From positions 306 through 64,305 of the forward strand of contig JAZNRH010000099.1 of NCBI GenBank assembly GCA_045590615.1: 64,000 nt of DNA. The letters run 5' to 3'. Under the pieces are notes generated by a model that searched no databases, was not told the DNA's origin, and saw only the letters and a program-made list of their open reading frames with translations. This DNA is from Eubacteriales bacterium. GTDB lineage: Bacteria > Bacillota > Clostridia > Oscillospirales > SIG627. How positions within the stretch are numbered: the stretch's first letter is position 1; each line of letters starts with the position of its first letter. Shown one piece after another: positions 17,295 through 24,516 of this stretch. Position numbers and translations under genes: made by a program.

Positions 17295-18485
17295 TTAGTT
17301 ACCCTTGTGCTTAGGTGTAAGAACGTACCAGAATGAACCTGAAAGGAAGATCGAAGAATAAAGTCCTGCTACTATACCGATGATAATCGGAAGAGCAAAT
17401 TCCTTGATTGAGTGTACACCGAGAATATAAATCATACCAATTGTAAAGAGTGTTGTAATATTGGTGTTGATTGAACGCATAAGGGTCTGACGGGTACTCG
17501 TGTTGATAACAACGCCAAAATCGGTTTTACCCATCCTTCTGCGATTTTCACGAATTCTGTCAAATAGAATAATCGTTGCGTTAATCGAATAACCGAGAAT
17601 GGTAAGAATTACAGCGATGATGTTCGAGCTTACAGGAATACCAAGAATTGAATATGAAGCAATTACGATTACAATGTCGTGAATGAGACAGAATATAGCG
17701 GCGATTGCTGAACGGAACTCAAAACGAATTGTAATGTAAACGAGCATAAGGATTACGGCGATAATCGTCGAAACGAATGCCGAACGCTTGATTTCATTTG
17801 AAATCGAAGCTCCTATTCTTGACTCTGAAAGAACTTCAACGGGCTCTGTGCCACCGTAAACGATTTCAACGGGCTCTCCCTCGATTTCTTCGGGAGCAGC
17901 TTCGGTTACGGGAGTCTCTTCTGCTTCGGGCTCTGACTCTTCACTTGCAGGAGCTACCTCTGATTCTTCGCTTGCAGGAGCTACTTCTGACTCTTCACTT
18001 GCAGGAGCTGCTTCTGACTCTTCGGCTTCGGTAGTTGCTTCATCGGGAGTAGCCTCTGACTCTTCCTCGATTTCGGAAGGGGTTGCAGTCTCTTCTACAG
18101 TCTCGTCCTCGCTCTCCTCGGTCTCTTCTGCAATCGGAGCGCCATAGGCAATGTTGAGAACCTCGTAAACCTCGTTAACTACCTCGGGAGCAACGTCTGC
18201 AGCCTTGATAATAACGCAGCTTGAATCATCACCCGACTTCTGAATCGAGGTAACTGTTATACCCTCAACCGAATCAACGAGCTCTCGAACATTATCAAGC
18301 TCTGCCTTGTCCATTGTCTTGTGAAGGTCGTACTGAAGTGAGATACCACCTGCAAAGTCTGTATCAAGGTTAAAGCCGTTAATAAACATAAATGCGATGC
18401 AAACAATCATCACAATCGCTGATATGGTAAACCAAATCTTGCGATTTCCTACTATTTCCATAGTGTCCTTATTAATAAATTTCAT
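17295..18485 (-). CDS. secF: Protein translocase subunit SecF with an acidic low-complexity insertion
   Basis: N-terminal TM, FAGGISL, C-terminal six-TM SecF core (LFDRIREN). About 90-aa E/S/P/A/T-rich insert at residues ~119-206. Confidence 0.9.
   Translation of the reverse strand: MKFINKDTMEIVGNRKIWFTISAIVMIVCIAFMFINGFNLDTDFAGGISLQYDLHKTMDKAELDNVRELVDSVEGITVTSIQKSGDDSSCVIIKAADVAPEVVNEVYEVLNIAYGAPIAEETEESEDETVEETATPSEIEEESEATPDEATTEAEESEAAPASEESEVAPASEESEVAPASEESEPEAEETPVTEAAPEEIEGEPVEIVYGGTEPVEVLSESRIGASISNEIKRSAFVSTIIAVILMLVYITIRFEFRSAIAAIFCLIHDIVIVIASYSILGIPVSSNIIAVILTILGYSINATIILFDRIRENRRRMGKTDFGVVINTSTRQTLMRSINTNITTLFTIGMIYILGVHSIKEFALPIIIGIVAGLYSSIFLSGSFWYVLTPKHKGN
17933..18031 (-). 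repeat. 27-bp in-frame tandem repeat (3 full units plus a partial) inside secF
   Basis: Units start at 17933, 17960, 17987 and 18014 (ctgactcttcacttgcaggagct...), encoding SEESEVAPA repeats. Confidence 0.85.
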
Positions 18486-18502
18486 TTTGCCTTACCCCCT
18501 TC

Positions 18503-19774
18503 TTATATTCCGTAAAGCTTGGGGTTCTTAGCACCAAGCTGTGCTACCGTAAGCATCAAGAAGCGTGTAACGACAAGTGCTGTGAACATCGAAACAACGA
18601 TACCGATGAACAAAGTAATCGCAAAGCCCTGAACCGTACCCGTACCGAAATACCAAAGCACAACAGAAGCGATAATCGTTGTAACGTTACTGTCAACAAT
18701 TGAAGTAAACGCACCCTTGAAGCCTGCCTTAACAGCCGAAAGAGTACCTTTACCAACACGAAGCTCAGCCTTGATACGCTCATTAATGATAACGTTAGCA
18801 TCCACTGCCATACCGATTGACAGTACGATACCTGCTACACCGGGAAGCGAAAGGTTTACCTTTGCAACGACAAGCACGATTGCCTCGATTACGATGTAAG
18901 CAAAAAGTGCTATAACCGAGATAAGACCGGGAAGTCTGTAAACGATAATGAGGAAAAGCGCAACAAGGAGAATACCTATAGCGCCTGCAACAATTGCAGT
19001 TTCAAGAGCTTTTTCACCAAGAGTAGGTCCGACGGTCTCGGCACGTACCTCATTAAGTGAGAAGGGAAGCTGTCCCGAAGCGATAACGCTTGCAAGATAG
19101 GTTGCACCGTCCTGGTCGAAGTTACCTGTAATGATAACGTCCTCCATGGTGAGCTGTTCTGAAACGTAGGGCATTGAGATAATCTCATCGTCAAGAACAA
19201 TCATAATAAAATTACTTCCATTTGTGATGTTCTCCTGACTTGAAGCCTTGAGAGTTGCCTCTGAAAACTTAGCAACTGCATCGGCCTTGAGCGTAATCTG
19301 TACGAAATACTCGGGGGCAAGAGATGCCTCACTTGTATTTCCATACTGCATAACTGCAGTCTTGATATCACTGCCCGTGAGAACAACAGTTCCGTCGGAA
19401 GCAACGAATGAAAGCTGACCGATGTTACCCAGAAGGTCTCTTGCTTTATCAAGGTTCTTTTCTTCGGGAATTTCAATCTGAATTCTTCCGTCGTCCTTGA
19501 GCTGAGTGAGAGTAGCCTCTGTGTAGCCTGCATTTGAAAGACGTCTTGTAAGTATTGAAATAACTGTATCAAGATCTGTATCGGTAACTTCCTTGCCTTC
19601 CTCTACGTCGGGCTGGTAAACAAGTAAAGTACCTCCAGCAAGATCAAGTCCTTTTCTTATAGCGCCTTCTTCAAAAACGCCGGGAAGAAAATTACCCAAT
19701 CCACAAATTGCAACATATGCCAAAATCGCAATAACAAGAAATGCGCATATGAGCTTGGTTAAATTCTTTGCCAT
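18503..19774 (-). CDS. secD: Protein translocase subunit SecD
   Basis: LGLDLAGG-like KGLDLAGGT, large periplasmic domain, C-terminal six-TM RND-like core. Start set at ATG 19774 (MAKNLTKL) with RBS aaaggaa, because the longer ORF would include the promoter. Confidence 0.9.
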   Translation of the reverse strand: MAKNLTKLICAFLVIAILAYVAICGLGNFLPGVFEEGAIRKGLDLAGGTLLVYQPDVEEGKEVTDTDLDTVISILTRRLSNAGYTEATLTQLKDDGRIQIEIPEEKNLDKARDLLGNIGQLSFVASDGTVVLTGSDIKTAVMQYGNTSEASLAPEYFVQITLKADAVAKFSEATLKASSQENITNGSNFIMIVLDDEIISMPYVSEQLTMEDVIITGNFDQDGATYLASVIASGQLPFSLNEVRAETVGPTLGEKALETAIVAGAIGILLVALFLIIVYRLPGLISVIALFAYIVIEAIVLVVAKVNLSLPGVAGIVLSIGMAVDANVIINERIKAELRVGKGTLSAVKAGFKGAFTSIVDSNVTTIIASVVLWYFGTGTVQGFAITLFIGIVVSMFTALVVTRFLMLTVAQLGAKNPKLYGI

Positions 19775-19814
19775 TTTTATATTCCTTTCGTTCATTAAAA
19801 AATAATCTTTTAGT

Positions 19815-19843
19815 ATTATACTACAATTAGCACAAAATGTCAA
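19815..19843 (-). promoter_or_regulatory. Consensus sigma-A promoter for secDF
   Basis: On - strand: TTGACA (19843-19838), 17 nt, TATAAT (19820-19815). Confidence 0.6.
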
Positions 19844-19865
19844 TCTTTCTTTTTATCAAATTTTA

Positions 19866-19894
19866 GTTGATTATTTGTGGAAGATGTGATATAC
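19866..19894 (+). promoter_or_regulatory. Candidate sigma-A promoter, divergent from secD
   Basis: TTGATT (19866-19871), 17 nt, TG-a-TATACT extended -10 (19886-19894). Confidence 0.45.
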
Positions 19895-19921
19895 TTATTT
19901 CTTAGGAAGGAATGAAAAGTT

Positions 19922-20461
19922 ATGAATAACAATTACATAAAAGCGAGCTCGGATTACGCCTTTAATTACACCGAGCATTTAGTAAGCAAAAAGCCCGACA
20001 AGAACACCTTTCTTGCGAGAATTGGTATTATATTTATGACTATAGTGCTTTTCTGCGCTGTCATATACTTCACCTTCGGACCGATTAAAATACCTCAGGT
20101 TGCCGTAGTTGCAACTGTTCTCATAATATACCTTGCAATCGTGCTCTGGAGCTTTACTAAAATCGAATACGAATATCTCATCGTATCGGGTACGATGTCG
20201 ATGGACAAAATTATTTCGGCAAGAAAAAGAAAGCAGTTGATTGAATTCAATATTCCCTCTGCCGAGAAAATCCTGCCCTACAAGGATGCAAAGCTTGACG
20301 GTATCAGCGTTATTTACGGCGTATCCTCTCCAAAGGACGAGGATGCGTACTGCGCTATTTTCAGCACCGACAAGGGTGAAAAAAAGGCTCTCGTTTTCAA
20401 CGCAACCGAAAAGGCGCTCAAAGCGCTTTACTACTACAACAAAAATTGTGTTATAAAATAA
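19922..20461 (+). CDS. Hypothetical membrane protein (two TM helices)
   Basis: 179-aa ORF with two adjacent hydrophobic helices (IGIIFMTIVLFCAVIYFTF; VAVVATVLIIYLAIVLWSF). RBS aggaagg. No family recognised. Confidence 0.55.
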   Translation: MNNNYIKASSDYAFNYTEHLVSKKPDKNTFLARIGIIFMTIVLFCAVIYFTFGPIKIPQVAVVATVLIIYLAIVLWSFTKIEYEYLIVSGTMSMDKIISARKRKQLIEFNIPSAEKILPYKDAKLDGISVIYGVSSPKDEDAYCAIFSTDKGEKKALVFNATEKALKALYYYNKNCVIK

Positions 20462-20500
20462 GCCCTGACCGAATAGTCTTTTCTTAAAGGAGTGTTCTTT

Positions 20501-20875
20501 ATGAAAAGAGTTATTCTGCTGTTTTTCGCGTTTTTATTAGTATCCTGTGCAAAGGAGCAAGACTACACCGTTATAGGTCGCAGTTACCTCGTCACAATCG
20601 ACGACGTAGAAGGAAGGCTGAGTATAAGCGAGGACTACGTACGCTTTGAGCCAACCGTCCCCGAGGGGCTGTGCATAACCCTTGATGACAAAGGTGGTAA
20701 TATTTCGTACAAAGAGCTTGTATTTGAGGGTGAAGCCCCAAAAATGACAATTGTCGCACCGTTGTACGAAGCACTTGAAAAAGACGAAATAAACTTAATA
20801 TTTGACAACGAAACACTCTGTGAAATTCAGGGCGAAGGATTTAGGATTACAATACACAAGGAGCTTTCTGATTAA
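20501..20875 (+). CDS. Hypothetical lipoprotein
   Basis: Signal peptide with lipobox MKRVILLFFAFLLVSC. RBS aaaggag 8 nt upstream of ATG 20501. Confidence 0.6.
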   Translation: MKRVILLFFAFLLVSCAKEQDYTVIGRSYLVTIDDVEGRLSISEDYVRFEPTVPEGLCITLDDKGGNISYKELVFEGEAPKMTIVAPLYEALEKDEINLIFDNETLCEIQGEGFRITIHKELSD

Positions 20876-22005
20876 TGGAATATCTAAGATGCTACGCAAA
20901 AATTTCAATAAAAAATCTATTACATAATTTCGATTGTATAAAAGAGCTTTTGAATGATGGATGTGAAATAATCCCCATCATAAAAGCCAATGCGTATTCC
21001 CACGGAGCAATTGAGATTGCACACGCCCTGTCATCAAGGGTAAGCACCTTCGCGGTGGCAGAGCTCAACGAGGCGCTTGCGCTGAGAGATGAGGGAATTA
21101 ACAACTCAATTCTCGTGCTCGGATACACCGACCCGTCGTTTGCTCCCCTGCTTGCCGAGAAAAATATTATTCAGACCGTAACGGGCTTTGAATATGCAAG
21201 AAAGCTATCCGAAAATACCGACCTGACTCCCCTGTACGTTCATATAAAGCTGGACACAGGTATGCGCAGATTTGGACTCGATGCAGACAACCCCGATACT
21301 ATAGAGGAAATTGAAAAAATTTCAAAGCTGAATAACATAGCAATCAAGGGGATATTCAGCCACTTTGCAGAAAGTGACGATATGAGCTCGGATTTCACAA
21401 GTATTCAATTCAAAAAATTCACCGACACCGTCGCAACGTTAAAAACGCGTGGTGTCGAAACGGGCATCTCGCACATAGCCAATTCGGCTGCTATTCTTGC
21501 AAGACCCAAGACACATTTGTCTGCAGTGAGACCCGGTATAGCTTTATACGGAGCGTATCCGTCAGAGGATATAAAAAACGCATATCTTTCAAAGCACCCT
21601 GACAAACCCTTGAAGGAGGTAATGACCCTTTGTGCAAGAGTCGGACAGCTCCACGAGGTGAAAAAAGGAGACGGAATCGGATATTCCAGAACACACACGT
21701 TTGAGAAGGACTCACGTATAGCAGTCGTTTCGGCAGGCTATGCCGACGGTATTCCAAGAGCACTGTCCAATAAAGGAAGAGTGAAAATCAATGGCGAATT
21801 CTTTAATATAGTCGGCAACGTATGTATGGATTTGCTCATGGTAGACATCACCGACGCCAAGGTTAATATTGCTCAGGGTGACGAGGTCACCTTCTGGGGC
21901 AGCGAAGGAATTACGATTGACGAATACGCAGCCCTTTCAAACAGGATCAATTACGAATTGTACACGGGAATGTCACCCCGAGTAGCAAGGAAATACGTAG
22001 AATAA
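20875..22005 (+). CDS. alr: Alanine racemase
   Basis: PLP-lysine motif IIKANAYSHG, HIANSAA, GYADG, C-terminal beta domain. Start overlaps the upstream stop. Confidence 0.9.
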   Translation: MEYLRCYAKISIKNLLHNFDCIKELLNDGCEIIPIIKANAYSHGAIEIAHALSSRVSTFAVAELNEALALRDEGINNSILVLGYTDPSFAPLLAEKNIIQTVTGFEYARKLSENTDLTPLYVHIKLDTGMRRFGLDADNPDTIEEIEKISKLNNIAIKGIFSHFAESDDMSSDFTSIQFKKFTDTVATLKTRGVETGISHIANSAAILARPKTHLSAVRPGIALYGAYPSEDIKNAYLSKHPDKPLKEVMTLCARVGQLHEVKKGDGIGYSRTHTFEKDSRIAVVSAGYADGIPRALSNKGRVKINGEFFNIVGNVCMDLLMVDITDAKVNIAQGDEVTFWGSEGITIDEYAALSNRINYELYTGMSPRVARKYVE

Positions 22006-22016
22006 TTTTGCATTGC

Positions 22017-22053
22017 AAAAAACGGTGTAGCCTTGAAGGCTACACCGTTTTTT
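22017..22053. terminator. Bidirectional terminator between convergent alr and the epimerase gene
   Basis: aaaaaacggtgtagcc (22017-22032) / ggctacaccgtttttt (22038-22053), 5-nt loop, A/T runs on both sides. Confidence 0.75.
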
Positions 22054-22903
22054 ATTTAAGAATTTCTATATTGTGAGTTCTGATATAGGTTGAACCTGCG
22101 CTCGCTTGTTGAATACCGATTTTATTTACGAAGTCCTTATTGGATTCCATAAAGTCGGGCACTCCATTCCAGGGCTCAATACAGATATATGGTGCTCCAC
22201 ACTTCTGCCATACCATAAGATTGAAAAATCCGTCGAACTCTACTCTGACTGCCTTTGAGCCGTCCTTCTTTTGAAGAATTACAGAACGAGATACGATTTC
22301 GGGGAAGACGAGAGCGTCTACCGAGAAATACTCCTCTTTGAGAGGAAGTCTGTCGGAATTGTCAACGATAAGCGTTCTTCTTGAATCGAGGTAATTACCT
22401 GTCAAGCCATAAGCGTAAAGAGTTTCTTTTTGTGGGAAAACAAGCTCGTATTCCTCTATTCCCTCGGGGGTAGCGTAGCCCTCGTGAGAGCCGATTGAGA
22501 AGTACATTGTGTCCTTACCCGTATTGGTTACCTCATATCTTACCTGAAGCTGTTTGCCAACAAGAGTATAAACAACGCGAAGCTCGAAGGTGAAGGGATA
22601 CTGCTTGAGTGTTTCTTCGTTGCTTCTGAGAAGGAAGGTAACCGAATTTTCACTTTGCTTTTCAACCTCGAATTCCATCGTCTTGGCAAAGCCATGCTTC
22701 TTTACGGTGTATGTCTTTGAATCATAGATAAACTCATCGTCCATAAGTCCACCACAAATGGGGAACATAAGAGGAGAGGTTTGCGCCCACCATGCAGGGT
22801 CTGCCTGCCACATATATTCCTTACCGTCGCAAACAAGATTTCTGAGCTCTGCGCCCTTTGTATTAAAGCTTGCGCTTATATAATCATTTTTTATGGTAAT
22901 CAT
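22052..22903 (-). CDS. Aldose 1-epimerase family protein (mutarotase-like)
   Basis: Pattern MFPICGG, H-G-F-A, GSHEGYA, IEPW typical of the YihR/LacX-like aldose epimerase family. Start at ATG 22903 with GGAG 8 nt upstream. Confidence 0.7.
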   Translation of the reverse strand: MITIKNDYISASFNTKGAELRNLVCDGKEYMWQADPAWWAQTSPLMFPICGGLMDDEFIYDSKTYTVKKHGFAKTMEFEVEKQSENSVTFLLRSNEETLKQYPFTFELRVVYTLVGKQLQVRYEVTNTGKDTMYFSIGSHEGYATPEGIEEYELVFPQKETLYAYGLTGNYLDSRRTLIVDNSDRLPLKEEYFSVDALVFPEIVSRSVILQKKDGSKAVRVEFDGFFNLMVWQKCGAPYICIEPWNGVPDFMESNKDFVNKIGIQQASAGSTYIRTHNIEILK

Positions 22904-22916
22904 ATTTTTCTCCATA

Positions 22917-24401
22917 TTAATCGTCAATTTCCTTGTTAGTACCCTTTTCGTAGATTGCAATTACTTCATCTGAAGGCTTTTTATCAGCTGCAGAAACAAC
23001 CATGGTTACAATCCAGCTTATAATAAATGCGGGAACGATTTCATAAACGCCCGTAGCAGAGAAGCTGAAGAGCCATACGATATCAACGATTGCACCTACT
23101 ATAATACCTGCCAATGCACCCTTATACGTAAGTCTCTTCCAGAAGAGCGAAAGAATTACAACAGGACCAAAGGCTGCACCGAAGAGTGCCCACGCATTAG
23201 ATACCATATTCATAACAGCCTGAGCTCCCGAGCCCTTACTGCTTGCAATAAAGTAAGCAACAACAGATACGATAACAACTACGAGTCTGCCTACCCAAAG
23301 AACCTCCTTCTCGGATGCGTTCTTTCTGATAATGGGCTTGTAGATATCGCTTGTAAAGGACGATGAAGCAACGAGAAGCTGTGAGTCAGCTGTTGACATT
23401 GATGCTGCGATAATAGCTGCAAGGAGAATGCCTGCGATAAATGCAGGGAAAAGCCTTCTTGCAAGTGTAACGAAAACAAGCTCCTGAGCGCCATTAGCCA
23501 AAAGCTCTGCACCAACCACCATTCTTCCAAGGTATGCAATCATAATCGCTGCAAAGAGTGTAATAACAACCCAGATAATAGCAACGATTGCGCTCTTCTT
23601 AACCATACTTGGTTTCTCGATACCCATAAAACGAACGAGAATGTGAGGCATTCCAAAGTAGCCAAGACCCCAGCCGAGACCCGAAACGATTTCCTGCCAG
23701 CTTGCGCTGAAGAGGTTGGTTGTAAACGAATAGGTCGTGTCACCAACTACAATCGGGGTAAGAGCAGATGTGTCAAAGTCTTGTGTTACAACCATTACAA
23801 TCGGAACTGTAACAAGTGCAAGGAACATCAAAATACCCTGGAAAAAGTCTGTCCAGCAAACAGCCTTATAGCCACCGAGGAAGGTGTAAATAAGAATAAT
23901 AACTGCAAAGATAAGCATTGCATTTTCAGGACCAAGCTTGGGGAAAAGGTCACTGAACACCTTTGCGCCTGCCGAGAATGCCGATGCAACGTAAAGAGTA
24001 AAGCTTATGAGAAATACAACTGCACATATAATCTTAAGAGCAGGGTTAGCCGTTGCAAATCTGTTTGAAAGATACTGAGGAAGAGTAATTGAGTCGCCCG
24101 ATGCCTTAGAAAACTTCCTAAGTCTCTTTGCCACGATAATCCAGTTGAGCGCTGTACCAATCGCAAGACCGATACCAATCCACGCCTGACCGAGACCAAA
24201 AGCAAGGATACTTCCGGGAAGTCCCATAAGAAGCCATGCACTCATATCGGACGCCTGAGCACTCATAGCTGTTACCCAAGGTCCCATTTGTCTGCCACCT
24301 AAAAAATAATCTTTTTCGTTAGCGCCCTTTGACTTGAGAAAAAATACAATTCCTATAGCCAATACGATAACGAAATATAAAACGAATGCTAAAATTTCCA
24401 T
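22917..24401 (-). CDS. putP: Sodium:proline symporter (SSS family)
   Basis: About 13 TM segments, YFLGGR, SAQASDMSAWLLMGLPG, C-terminal pattern of PutP. Start at ATG 24401 with GGAGG RBS. Confidence 0.85.
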   Translation of the reverse strand: MEILAFVLYFVIVLAIGIVFFLKSKGANEKDYFLGGRQMGPWVTAMSAQASDMSAWLLMGLPGSILAFGLGQAWIGIGLAIGTALNWIIVAKRLRKFSKASGDSITLPQYLSNRFATANPALKIICAVVFLISFTLYVASAFSAGAKVFSDLFPKLGPENAMLIFAVIILIYTFLGGYKAVCWTDFFQGILMFLALVTVPIVMVVTQDFDTSALTPIVVGDTTYSFTTNLFSASWQEIVSGLGWGLGYFGMPHILVRFMGIEKPSMVKKSAIVAIIWVVITLFAAIMIAYLGRMVVGAELLANGAQELVFVTLARRLFPAFIAGILLAAIIAASMSTADSQLLVASSSFTSDIYKPIIRKNASEKEVLWVGRLVVVIVSVVAYFIASSKGSGAQAVMNMVSNAWALFGAAFGPVVILSLFWKRLTYKGALAGIIVGAIVDIVWLFSFSATGVYEIVPAFIISWIVTMVVSAADKKPSDEVIAIYEKGTNKEIDD

Positions 24402-24433
24402 TATGTATTTCCTCCGAAACAAAAATTTATATA

Positions 24434-24462
24434 ATTATAACACACAATTTACAAAAAATCAA
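24434..24462 (-). promoter_or_regulatory. Candidate sigma-A promoter for putP
   Basis: On - strand: TTGATT (24462-24457), 17 nt, TG-t-TATAAT extended -10 (24442-24434). Confidence 0.5.
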
Positions 24463-24471
24463 CCAATTTTT

Positions 24472-24513
24472 GCATAAAAATACATTCCCCCAAGAAAAAT
24501 TCTCGGGGGAATG
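24472..24513 (-). terminator. Terminator ending the two-component/glycolipid/ABC operon
   Basis: On - strand: CAUUCCCCCGAG / CUUGGGGGAAUG stem with 7-nt loop, then UAUUUUUAUG. Confidence 0.65.
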
Positions 24514-24516
24514 TCG

